DNA of 62,495 bases, filler included, from Sphacelaria rigidula (taxonomy: Eukaryota): NCBI GenBank assembly GCA_964200075.2. It is 5 parts of 5 records of this genome, joined end to end, with 100 filler letters (N's around TTAATTAATTAA, not from the genome) between each part and the next. Parts side by side here need not be neighbours in the genome. Positions count along the whole stretch, not along the records: positions 50,079 to 62,495 come from CAXNAA020003799.1; 4 more parts are not named here. The stretch is one strand, 5' to 3'. The notes under the pieces are model-generated. The model had not been told where the DNA came from. It did no database searches and saw only the letters and a list, made by a program, of their open reading frames with translations. A program made the position numbers and the translations under genes. Of this stretch, positions 50,079 to 62,495 are shown piece after piece. Each line of letters opens with the position of its first letter. The stretch's first letter is position 1.

Positions 50079-53000
50079 CATCGAGAACGCCTTCTATTCA
50101 AGCGACTAATATCCGCCGTCACATTTACCCAAATACAGGCGCACCGCGAGTGTGTTGGATCGTCTGACGCACCCATGAGCCCATTTTTTCGTGGAATCGA
50201 ACACCCCTCCCATATCGTAGCATGACTCCCCTGATGTAGCAAGCGCACGTGAACTCCAAGGAAGAGATTGCGTGTGGGCTCAGACAGATGAAAACCTTAG
50301 AGTGGAACAGGTCGGTACTCCCCAGATTTCGAACAGATCGTTACTGCTCCCTGACCATCCCTCGTGCACTGCGTTAGAACCCATTTCCGATGAAGAGTTG
50401 CCGTCTGTAGGGACAGACACTTACGCCGACTAATGGATGTTCGCATCCTAGTCATGAAGGCACCTCAATCGCGTGTTCGTCACCAGGCAGACAAAGTGTT
50501 ACGCAAGACGACTCGTCTCCTAACTCGCCCACGTTGGCCCCTTTAATAGACGCCGGGTTGAACAGCACAGCTCTACCAACCCCGCGTCCTGACGAATCGT
50601 CTCCAAAACCTCCCATGTTGGCCCTAACTAGTGATGGTATTAAGTTGATTGGCGTATCAAACTCAACACCGCGCCCCGATGAATCGTCCCCTGTTCCGAC
50701 AAAGCTGGATAATGTAGTTGATTCTGCTTTGCACAATGACGATTCGCCCCCTCTGTTGGCCAATAAGGGTGAAACACCACGCACAGATCAGGTGTCGGGT
50801 CCAACCACGACAACTGCATCTCCCCGGCATCGCCCCTGCGTTGCAGTATATGAGATTCAACCCTCAGCTGATGAGACAAATATTCCAGGCACAAACACTG
50901 ACACTCCATGCACGCACCATCCTTCCGACCAAAAGTTTGTCCCACAGGATCATAAACGGGTGTCTTTTAGCACCTTTGTTCAAAACGCAAAGCAGGATGT
51001 GTCAGATGTCTTACCCGAATTCGGGCCCGATCTCGTCAGTAGTACTGCAACTATGGACGATGCTTTTTTACGACCAAGATAGGTTTACGTAGTTGAGCGC
51101 GTGCAAACTGTTATTTGATAGCTCTTGCACTACCAGACTCTGGTTCACCTCAAATGTTCATTACAACGAGCTGCTGGCAACAGTGCGGCGGACGAGCACT
51201 CTCTGTTCACCGTGCGCCCTCGTGTTTTTGGTGGGTTTGGTTCCTCCACATCTCTTACGGTCAATCAATCGGTGAGACTAAGTGTACAACTTTACCAGGA
51301 TACTACTTCCACTTCTCGGTTGTCCGTATGGGCACTAATAGTGCCCGACGGTTCCATGTCTTTTGACGTTTTGTTGAGTCGAGATAGTTGGCTTTGTTTT
51401 TCCACACACACGTACACGACAAACACACCTGTTCCGAACCATCCAGTCACAGGAAAATTGTCACTGGGTCACTTCGACATTGATTCGGGAGGTCATACTT
51501 ATGAGGATGACCCCACGCAAACAGGTAATGCTTTCCGTCTGTACTATGCTGGTGAACCTGTGGTCTCGCTTTCTCGTGAATCCCAACTTATCCAAGTGAA
51601 CCTCGTGAGACGCAAAGGATCGCCCGCCCTCACAGGACATTATTTGGTCGAATTGCTCAAACCTGACCAAGCACAGGTTGGTCCGTTTGAACAGACCGAA
51701 GTCTTTGTCCACGAAGGTAGGCAGGCCATTTACCTCACGTCCCCTGCATGTTTCGATATACTCAACGGTCAGTTGTTGGGTTATGCTCAAGCGCCTCTCC
51801 TACGAACCGCCCTGTCAGATGTGTGCCCCCCGGCGAACAACAACTCGCCGACCGACACCCCGAAATCCACGGGCCCCCCTCCGCTACACATGCCTGACCC
51901 CATGGTGGTGACAAATCCACCGGGTGCGCCTGATCCTCAACCCCCAACTGCATTACTGGATAGATTTTCTCCAGAACATCGCGCCAATTTTCAAAAGATG
52001 TGGGATGATATTCCCCCTCACTTACGGCATATTGTTTTCGATCTATCTGGCGATGGTTGTACACCCACTGTAATTGATGGGTTGCAATCCATCTTGATTA
52101 GATATTCTGAACGGTCTTCAACTGCACCCTTGGATTTGGGTCGATGTACCACGACATCGTTCACGATCAAGATTCCTGATGGCACTCCTCCTATCGCTAT
52201 GTGTCCGTACCGTACGAACCCCCTCTTAGCAGATAAGACCTAGGTGATTCTCGATGGTTACTTATCTGCCGCTTTAATTCGGCACTCGACATCTCCGTGG
52301 GCCTCGCCTTTAGTAGTCGTTCGTAAGAAGAATGGCAAAATCAGACTGGCGGTCAATTATCAACGATTGAACGCTGCCACCAAAATCGCCCGGCTTCCAC
52401 TTCCGCGGATTGATGAAATAATTGACTCTCTTGGCGGGGGTTAAGTATTTTCGAACTTGGACATGCAGTCCGGCTACCACCAGCTCGTGATGGATCCAAA
52501 TTCAATCGAACTGACAGCGTTGTGCACGCCATCAGGTTTACACGACTGGCTGGTTACACCACAAGTTGCCGCCGGAGCTCCAGGTGCGTTTCAAAGTGTG
52601 ATGTTCCGTGTAACTGATGGATTGCCCAAATGCCATACGTACCTTGACGGTGCGGTGTGCCACGACTCCACACCGGCCGAACACGTCGAACAGTTGGCAT
52701 CATTCTTCAATCGGTTTGAAGAACACAACCTGAAACTCGCACCCTCCAAATCCCGTATTGGCGCCACAAAGATTGAGTTCTTGGGTCATTGCATCACCCC
52801 CGAAGGTCGTAGCACAAAACAAGGTCGCCGCACTCTCCGATATGCCCATGCCACGGGATATTCTCAACTGCGTTCCTTGTTGGGAGGTCTAAGCTACTAC
52901 AGACAGTATTTGCCTAACCTTGCCCAAACGCTAAAACCCCTCACCACCTTCCTAAAAAAGAGGTGAAATTTGTGTTCACATTGGAAATGGAAAAAACCGT

Positions 53001-56000
53001 CTGTCGCCTTCTTGACACCCTTTCGCGCCCGCCGATTCTCGTCTTCCCCGACTGGTCGGCCGCGGAGCAGGGTTCCCGCCTTTTCCGGCTCCACACAGAT
53101 TCTTCCAAAATTGGGTTTGGCTGCACATTAGGACAGGAGCAAGTCGATGCTACCGTTCGTCCCATTGTCTATCTGAGTCGCACCACTTTCCCGATTGAAC
53201 AGAATTGGTCTGTCATGGAACAAGAGGCCGACAGTTTCTACGATAGCCCCCCCCAAAAAAGTGCATGGTTTTGGGAGGAAATATTCGCACGTAAATCGAA
53301 AAGGGAAAAGCCGAGCACAACGAGAAGCTGGGAATTCCCACGCTTGGGTTCGTTTCAGCCAATGTCGTCAATATGAGGCGCTTCATGCAGGCGCTTCATG
53401 CAGGCGCTTCATGCAGCCTAAACCCGAACATCAGGCGCTATATGGCCATTTTTTTCGTGGCACTTTTAGCTGGTTTTTTGGGGGGGGCTATCGTAGCTTT
53501 TGTCGGCCGGCGCAGTTGTTTGGGGCGTGCAGCGTCTACGTCAGTATTTGTAATACACTCCGTTTGTGATTTGTACCGATCATAAGTCTTTGGAAAGCCT
53601 TGTCAAAATGACGGAACATAACGCTAGGGTCCAACGCTGGTTCGAAATCCTGTCGTCTTACAAATATAAACTGAAGTACCGCACAGGTCCCCAGAATGCA
53701 AACGCCGACTTTCTATCACGCTTGCCCACGCCAGCTCAACCTATCGATGAATCCCCCATGGGACGTATCACCGATTCCACCGAAGACATTGTATACTTCA
53801 TGAGCAGGAATGGACATCGAGGTCTCTACACACCACTTTCACTCAGAGAAACGCCGGCTTTAGGCATGGGTGGGCTTACGACCACGGTCCACGCCTCACT
53901 TCTAGGTAGCTTGCAACCTCAATCGTTGTACTCAGTTTGGAATGGACTGTCTACGAATAATGTTGGCTTTGATAATTTTCGTGCAACTGGCCAGCGCATG
54001 GTTTTCGCAGCAGGTGTAGAACCGTCCTTTGCTGACTCCGTCTTACCAGTTCAAGTTCGAGATTTGATTTCGAAAAGGACTCGTAGACGGCGAACCGCCG
54101 AAACGGCCACCAAATTAGCTGTATCTGATCTTGACCTTCCCCTCCCTGCCCCCACCCCGGTCCCCGATAGTTTCCTTGCGCCCCCGCAGCCTCCGCGACG
54201 CAAGGCCCCTCGAACATCGACCCCGACCGTGCCGCCCCTACCGATCATAGCCGAAACCACGGCTGTGCCCCCCTCCCTTGGTGATGATATTGCAAACACC
54301 ACCACAACGCCCTCCACGCTAATCGACGCAGAAGTAGACGTTAACGTTCCGTCTGAGAGTACACCGACTGGTAGGCTCACCCTTGATTCCGAAATCACCG
54401 CTTCGGGCCAACCCCACCCCGAACCGGCCCAATACGAAGTAGACGCTTCAACAGATGGTGTACTCAAGGAAGATTCGACTCTCTTCTCCCACGCCGATCG
54501 GGCCCGGGAACAACAGGCAGAACCTGCTTGTAAATCAGCTATCCATTATCTATCCAAAGGTTGCCCATGTCCATTCTCAGAAATCGAATTCCTTTTGCCA
54601 GTCGAGACTCTCAAGGCGCCCACACAGGATGAAGTTACTGAACTTTCAAGAAAAGGTATGCTACATACGGATGATGATGGTATAGTTCTGTTAGTTCGCC
54701 GGCCCGCAGCAGCCCTCCCCAGGGGGAAGCCTACAAATCGACAAGCCCGCTTGCTAGGTGATGAACCCATCCGCATCTATGCCTCGATGTTCCTGCGCCC
54801 ATGGGTTCTACACGAATGCCATTCACAGGCATCGATCGACTCATTAAGGCACCATTAGGACCTCCGAGATCTTGGAACGTGATTATTGGTGGATTTGTAT
54901 GGATCAGTGTTGTCGATGGTGGGTGAGGCGTTGTCTTTTGTGTCAGGCGCGAAAAACTTATCGTCAAACAGTTCGTTGGCCGATTGTCTCCATGCCACTC
55001 CCAAACGGACCTGGTGAAGTAGTTTCGTGGGACTATTTTGATCCTTTGCCCCTGACGGATAGTGGAAATAAGCATATTTTGTCGTTTACGAATAGATTTA
55101 GCCGACATGCGGTGATGCACGCCTTCCCCCCCAGTAGTTATACCGCGGAAGGTACCGCCAACATTCTTGTCTACATGTACATCCCGCAGTGGGGTGTGCC
55201 CAAACGCTTACTGTCTGACAACGGCCCGCATTTTTCAGGCAAACTTTCAGCCGCCGTCAGTGACCTTTTGGGTACCCATCGCACTTTTGCTAGTTCATAT
55301 CACCCTTTCACCAATGGTGGAACGGAACGAGTGAACCATACGATGACACAGATGCTTGCTGCTGTAGCAAATGAGAGACAGATGGACTGGGACCTGCATC
55401 TGCCCCTTGTCCAAGTGAACTACAACAATTTAGTCAATGCCGCTACGGGATTGTCGCCGAATGAAATTCATATTGGACGCATGCCTAGGTCACCTTTAAC
55501 GGTATTCGAACGCAAGAATACAGGCGGACATCAGAGTCTAGATCGGTCAGCAATCGCCTTCGTCTTGCATATAAAGTGGTACGAGAACAGAACCAAATCA
55601 ACTTGGCCACGGTGGCCAGGGCGATTTCGATGTTGGATGATGTGGTACATAACCGCCCGGTGTGGAAGGTAAGCCAATGGGCATGGGTGTATAACGATGT
55701 GAAGACTATCAATCAAGGGGCTAGCTCGAAATCATCATATTTGGACAAAGTGTTGAAGGCGAAACTATCCCTGAATTGGACTGGTCCTTGGGATATTTTA
55801 GCTTTTGGTCCAAGCGCTACCGCACTCGACAAGAGTCCGGTGGGAGCGAAACATTTGTATTTTTATCATCCCACGGATGAACCTGGTTTGAAACCGAAGA
55901 TCCGCGTCTCGATGCTGCGATGCAAACCGTGTATCCCCTCTCATGACTCCTCTGACATGCCCAAACAACTGCCGGTAGGGCTTGGTCAGTATGTGTTGAC

Positions 56001-56720
56001 CACGTATGCGGTCGAAACTCCGCCGTATCATATGACGGTCGAGGATGCGGACGCACCCCTGGAACGCGTTGAGGTAGATAAAATTTCGGGCCACCACCTG
56101 GTTCGCGGTCGTGGAGGTAAGATAGCGGTAATGTATCAAACACATTGGAAGGGTATCATGCGTGTTACATGGGAGCGTGAGGTTGATTCGCGTCATTTTC
56201 GTCGGGAGATATTGCTGTACTGGGTAGAAGATACCGTCCAACACCGCCCGTTGAATAAGAGATATCGGTCGATGCGCAAGGGAGCTGCCGCTCGGGAACT
56301 GGCACGAAAACACTCAGCGCGGTTTGTTGTGACAGGATATAGCCTTCTTTCGCGTTCACAATACATGCAGTGTTTTCACGGAAAACGATTGCCGAAAGGG
56401 GCGTACTTTCGGTATAAGGCCTTGGATTCCCTCTGGTGGTTGGGTAAAATTCATTTGGTCGATCCTGCATCTGACCACTTCTACTTATCCGTTTCCTTGA
56501 TGATCCGAGTCCTCTTAAGATTCGCTTGGATGATGCGTACTACACCGAGGTGCCGACCGCTCGGAGGGATCCTGGTGCCTTCAACGACACGACCAAGTCG
56601 ATTTCGACACAGCCGCTCTATGAAACACGGACACCGCTTGGGATGCAGATGACTCATGATGCATCCGAGTCTGCTTCCCCATTCACCTTGCGTAGAGTAC
56701 CACGTTCGAGTCGCTTGTCG
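50079..56720 (+). mobile_element. Ty3/Gypsy (chromovirus-like) pol pseudogene: protease, RT, RNase H, integrase, chromodomain; LTRs not identified
   Basis: ALPDSGS and FDVLLSRD (protease); SPWASPLVVVRKKNG, DMQSGYHQ, YLDG (RT); LHTDSS, TDHKSL, NADFLSR (RNase H); DYWW...CLLCQ, SWDYF, LSDNG, GTERVN, WTGPW (integrase); VDKISGH...YQTHWKG...TWERE (chromodomain). Confidence 0.95.
53230..53504 (+). mobile_element. MITE inserted in the Gypsy RNase H, 4-bp TSD GGCC
   Basis: TIRs with CTACGATAGCCCCCC core. GGCC at 53226-53229 and 53505-53508. Excision restores E-Q-E-A-G-A-V-V-W. Confidence 0.92.
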
Positions 56721-59700
56721 TGCACCATATCGTCGTTGGAAAACCATGTGTTCCCCCCCCCCCCCCCCTTCATTCGTTTTCGTACTGATTAGCCCCGTCC
56801 TTGTCGTGGTTGATGTTGTGTTCTGTATTGGTACTTCGTCTTTTGTTTTTGTATTTTGTACTTTTTTTGTGTTGTGTTTTGTTTTTTGTTGCTTTGGACC
56901 CTGATTTTGTGTTCTGGTTTTCTTTGCCTTTGCTTCATTTTGTTTTATTTGATTTGTCTTTTTTTTCTCTCTTCGTTTCTTCTCTTTTTGCCTCGTGCTT
57001 TGTGTTCGATTTTTTTTTGGGTTCAATGGGCAATTTTCTTGTCTGGGTTCATCTGGCAAAGTACAAGCGACGACCGTTCCATTCTTGACCCTGAGTCTGG
57101 AACCTTGTACCTCCGTCCTCCGCGCCGTATATTCACAACCATTCCGTCTACTGGAACAGTTGCCACGAGTTATTTGTTTCTTCATTTTTTTCATTGTACG
57201 CACTTTTCGTCTTGCTTTGTATATTATACGGTCATTATTATTCTATTTGTTTGTTGTTGATGAAGACTTTCCGGAGCGAGCGCTAGCCATACCTGACGCC
57301 CACGTCTGGAATATTTTCGCTCTTGTTCAATTACTACGTACGCGAATGCCGCCTCCCTCTTCGGGATCGGTCGGGACGTGTCCCCTTTCTGTGTACGTAC
57401 CACGTTGAGCTTCATATTAACATGAGTAACCGTAGCCGAAGCCGAGTGCCTGAAATGTCTTGACCTTCTTGGCTGAAGCTTTTGATCCTACTTGCTTCGT
57501 ATACACGATAACCACTCCCGTTTAGGAGGACAGTTGCCACGTGTTGTTTTTCTGCTTCATGTTGCGGATATTTCGTATTCGATGTTGCCCAGCGTGCCCC
57601 TGGTTTTGTATTTATTTTGGTTTTGGTTTCTGCGTCTATGTCGGAAATTTCGCCACGAGTGTTCCAACGTGCCTGACCCTCGAGTCTAGAACCCTGCCGC
57701 GTGTGACCGACCTCGTTTATTGGAGGGTCACGGGTGACGCGACGCGATGATTTATACTTGGTGATTGGTGAGATACAACGAGGTCACTACTGGCCGCGTC
57801 GTACATAGCGGTGTTGAAGAATTGTCATTGCAGTCGCGGCATAATCGGTTCAAACGTCTCCTCATACAAGACCATTACGTATCATGATGAGGTAGATTGC
57901 TCTTCCGGAACTGTCCGTTCCACCATGTCGATATTCGACCGTTGGTACAGCCTACAGGCTCAGAGTCCGCCACTCGCTATTTTTTTCTGTCACTTTCACC
58001 AGCTTTTTGTGTACAATTACCCGCCCCTGAAATCGGTCGGTGGTGTTTTGTTTTTATCAGGGGTTATTGGACGAAGTAACGTGACGGTACGACCGGCTGT
58101 GGTTTTCACTCCAGTTTTTGTTCGGGCCAGCCTCGTTTCAGTCCGAACGGGCAAATACTATGAGGAGTGGGCTGCGTTGGTCCTCTTTGCCCTGTGTATT
58201 TGTCGTGGTTCAGAAATGTGTTGGGTGATCCGCCTCGGAACTACGTAGTAGGCCCGAAGGTTGTGTATTGACTCCACCACGTTTCTTTTGACGTGTACGG
58301 ACACCTGAACTCACAAACCGGTCGGTTGTTTTCGTATCGCCGTGTGAGCGAAAAAAAATCTCTACGGCTGGATCATCAACCAGACGTCCCAAGCAAGTCG
58401 TTGCTCTCACAAACATGTACCGAAAATTTACTCACATCAAACGGGTTGATCTGTCTGTGTTATGCTATTTTGTTTTTTTCAACGTATGGTTTTTGTGGGG
58501 AACTACCATTTTCGCGACGAAGTCGGCTGTACGTTGCTGGCTGTTGCTGATTGACTGGGACGAGTCATAAGCATGAACTTGGTTCTCGGAGGGATATAAT
58601 GCCTTGGCGGGCTTGCTTGTTTTTCTACCAATGATCTAAAACAAACCGGACATCCGGAAAAGAGTGAACTATATATTCATGATATACTTATGGCAGGGTA
58701 GGATAATCGTTTCAATGATAGGTCTCTGATTTCCTGTGGCTATCCCGGAAATGCTCACGGCATTCTGAAGACTGCATTTTTTGGTATATGGCTTTGATTG
58801 TTGATTTTGGATATTTTATTTTGGATTTCCCATGACTCCGCCTGAAAAGCTCACGGAACATGAGGACACTGAATGATTGTATCTGTTCCATTTTTTCTCT
58901 TTGCTTTCTTGTGGTTGTATTTCCTGGATTTTTGTGTTGGTCGCCCGTTCCCGTACCACGTACCAAAGAGGACTTGATCGTCAAATGAAGTCTCAGTTTT
59001 CTGTGGTGTGGGAGAGGTGTGGCTCGATGCAAGTTCGTCCTTTCTGAAAAGGGACTGCACTTGAACGATCCAGGGTGGGCTAATGTGATGGTAAATTACT
59101 GAGTAGCTGAATTAAACTAGTCTAGTAGAATACTACGATTGATCTACAAACGATCGGTGGGTATGAAAAGATTTTAGTCGAATGTGTGCTTGTAAAGCAG
59201 ATATGGAAGTGATGTGGTTTCGGACCCGCGTTCCGAGGAATCTCCAGACTGGTCTGCGTAACCCGGCCCTTCGGCTACGCACGTTTCTACAAATGCTTTG
59301 ATTGGCCACAGCATGGCCCGTCAGGATGATTTTGTAGTCGGATTGCTTGTGTCGGATTGGCCATATGGGGCACGCGCCTGCCACAATAGGTAGATGAAAG
59401 GCACGCGCCACAACGAGTTGGTATTATGACCATTGTATGCGTAGCGAGGAGTTTTTGAGGATAAGCGCGAGCAGCACCCAACATCGCCCACCTCCTCCAC
59501 TTGCGATCCACCGGTCAAAGAGAGGCTTACCGTAGAACAAATCACAAGAAGGACCATCAGCTTTTTATTTCCTCTGCACGAAGTCTGAGTCTCTGGCCAG
59601 CAAGCCGTTTATCAAGAAGTGAGTGACGTGTATTATAATCCCTTTGTGGCTTTTGGTTTTTCTTTTTCTGAAAGAGCTCGGTGCTTACCTTCAGTAGCTG

Positions 59701-59938
59701 CTGTCTGCGGTTAACGTGTGCAGTGTGCGAGAAAACCTTGCTGCTTGAGGTAACGAGCCGAATACAGGACCAGTGGGTCGCACTCACATATCTTGGGGTG
59801 CGGCTTGCTCTGCTAGTGTGTACTTCGACAATACCTTACCTACGGTGCCTGTGAAAACTTCGACTGCCCAACTTGCGCCCAGATCTGGAACGCTTCGCAC
59901 TGCCAGATGGCAGTTTTGAATTCGGTATTGAGGGTGAG

Positions 59939-60527
59939 ACAGGTACCCGGTACCGGTATTTAAGACATCTCATACCCTAGGGATACCTCATACCCTAGGG
60001 ATGCTGACCCAATCCGGTATTTTCGAAGCTCATACCTACAGTACCTACGATACCACGGTATTTCGATATTTCAATACCTACCGTACTTGCCAACTCCGGT
60101 ATTTTCAAGACTCCTGCGATACCTGCGATACCACGGTATTTCGATATTTCAATACCTACCGTACCCGCCCAATCTGGTATTTTGAAATGTCATACCTACG
60201 ATACCTACGATGCTAGTTTTTTTTGTTTTTCAATACCTACCGTACCCGCCAACTCCGGTATTTTCAAAACTCATACCCACGCTACCTACGATACCAGGGT
60301 ATTTCGAGATTTCAATACCTACCGTACCGGCCCAGCCCGGTATTTTCCAAACTCATACCTACGCTACCTACGATACCAGGGTATTTCGAGATTTCAATAC
60401 CCACCGTACCGGCCCAATCCGGTATTTTGAAATGTCATACCTACGATACCTACGCATACCACCGCATGGGATACCCCGGTAAATACCAGGGGTACGCTCG
60501 GTACGGTACCTTACCCACGGTGCCTGT
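59939..60527 (+). repeat. Tandem array of about 81-bp units (5-6 copies) bounded by short imperfect inverted ends
   Basis: TTTCAATACCTACCGTAC...CCGGTATTTT...CATACCTACG recurs with periods of 78-82 nt. Ends are ACAGGTACC and GGTGCCTGT. Confidence 0.9.
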
Positions 60528-62495
60528 GCAAAAGTTGGTAAAATGTGCAACGTAAAAGCGTGTAAGTTAATATTCTGGGAAGTATCGCGCTCTGTACCTC
60601 ACTCCAAAACAAGATACGGTGAAGTCGTATGATTCCTTTTAGGCCCTTGAGGCTGAAAAGGCCTCTACTGATCCTGAATTCAAAAAGTGTCCCTCCTGTC
60701 CTATCCGTCCGGACCTCATTAGGAAGCTCCGAACCACGCACTTTTCCCCCCCTGAATTGATTCGAAGCCGCGCTGCGCGAAAAAACCATCCCATCGCTCT
60801 TCTAACATCAATTAAAGAGCCCTCAACACGTTTCAGCTTCATTGGTGCTCATGGCGTTGTGTGTCGCTTCTGTCTCCGAGCGCACTCGAGAGCACCCCTT
60901 AATTCGACCCCTTTCGAGCAGAGCGAGTCTTGATTTAACTTCTCAGACTTGACTGTCGCAGCTTGAATAGAGGTACCTTTCGAGGTTACATTTTGAGGTT
61001 GACGCAGCAACCGGCTCTTCGAATCAGTCTGCTCGCCCTCAACAAGGTTAAGATAGATTGCTGGTTTCTGCGTTGTCTTCGCTTGTGCGTGCCGACGCTG
61101 TTCGTGGCTGAAGTGAAGGGGGTGTTAAAGTACGCAGTACGTGATCCACTTTCAACTTGAGCATGCGTTCTGAGCTGCCCCTCATTCTCTGATTTACTCG
61201 TATTAACTCGTCAAGCTTGGCGTAGGGAAAGGACAGCGAAGAGAGCAACCAAGAAACGATGTAGCACCTACGCGCGCGCATGTACCGTGCCCCCCCCACC
61301 CTTTCGACACATGGTAGGGATCGACAGCCCACCGTTCGGTGCATCGCTAACAACTTGACCAGATCGGCAGCGATCCGACCCATGAGGTGTATGTTATCTT
61401 TGCATTTACGTGCATACCCTTACATGCCGAGTATAGGCGGTACTGCACTGTTATGGGCGCGCCTGACCCCCCAAAATGAGCCAAAAAAGTGTCACCGACC
61501 AAAAGCACGAACAGACCGAAGATCTCGTTCATCCCCTGATTATGCACGCCGTAAAATCCCCCCAAGGATTTGTGATTTGAGTGGGGCTTCCACTCGACGA
61601 TTTACCATTTTCGTTGTCCCGGGCTACAAACCACGGCGTACCTAGGCTACTCACCGGCGTGTATTTGTCCAAGCTACAATCTGGAAAGATTGTGGAACCA
61701 AAGGGGTTATGGTGATCGAGAAAATCGCAAAAAAAAAACATGTTTTCCACTAAATTTGTTTTAAAACTCGAATCCCGATGAGATTAAAAAAATATATTCA
61801 CCGAGTTTTTAGCTGCCGTCTTGGCGCAAATGATGCAAAATATCGCATCCCAATCGATGGCCCTGACGATGAGTAATTGGGGCAACCGTTTGGGCTACGG
61901 GCGCAAACCAGCACCTCCAACCCTCGCCGGTTTTCACGACATGCTAACACGCCACCCCTGTCCGACGGCCTCAGAATAGATTACACTCATGGATGACTCT
62001 TGATACTGCAGATGGTTGATACATCACATGTGTGGAATGTTCAGCAGGTAGGTGTAGAATTGAACCTTTGACCAAACCCCTAGAGGCTTCCCCGTGTGCG
62101 GATATTTACCCCCACATCTGTGCATCGCTTGTGATGGTGGCAAGAGTAGCGCTAATTCTCCTGCACCCGGTGCCATCACCACGCCACTGTCGATAGCGTA
62201 GCTTTGTATCTCATCTCACCTGGCGGCAAGAGTGGACAAACTCTGAACTGACGGAGAAAAAAAAGCCACAGAGAATGGTAGAGGCACAGCTCCCATGAAA
62301 AGATCCGGATTTTGGTGTTCACAATAATATCAAGATGGATCAACTTAACTTATCCTCCCCAATGGTCAACTATACTGCGTCAAGGCAACACAGAAGACAG
62401 CATGAAGTCGTCAGCCCACTTTTGCTGAAGCCACATGGCACCGGAGCCCCATTCATGTCTTTCAGTGCACCAACCCGTCCAAAGACATGCGTCCG

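Noticed and set aside
56481-57408. Long Lys-rich and Phe-rich ORFs
   Set aside because: They arise from the T-rich low-complexity 3' region of the Gypsy element.
57040-58600. Possible 3' LTR and polypurine tract of the Gypsy element
   Set aside because: Short internal direct repeats exist (CAGTTGCCACG, GACCCT.GAGTCT.GAACC), but no 5' LTR is available for comparison and no clear TG...CA boundary was found.
60001-60555. Repetitive Tyr/Thr-rich ORFs
   Set aside because: By-products of the 81-bp tandem array, open in several frames with no splice or homology support.

Overview
Eukaryotic, TE-rich scaffold segment with four 100-bp artificial gap linkers. It is probably from a brown alga or another stramenopile; this is inferred from the short exons, kb-scale introns and TE types. 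Two spliced host genes can be reconstructed by hand. The first is a minus-strand rhomboid-family (PARL/RBL12-like) gene with six phase-compatible exons at 14.0-21.3 kb, in which all catalytic motifs are substituted. The second is the N-terminal part of a plus-strand CCR4-NOT subunit NOT1 gene with eight exons at 39.4-48.9 kb and two apparent GC-AG introns. The rest is a nest of degenerate mobile elements: two tyrosine-recombinase (DIRS/Ngaro-like) retrotransposons, two Ty3/Gypsy elements whose integrases end in a chromodomain plus a Tudor-like motif, a LINE endonuclease fragment, a 2.9-kb Helentron/Helitron2-like insertion, several MITE families with readable TSDs, and a family of short, variably truncated inserts anchored on G-runs. 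No rRNA, tRNA or CRISPR was found. All family assignments rest on motif recognition by eye, not on database searches.
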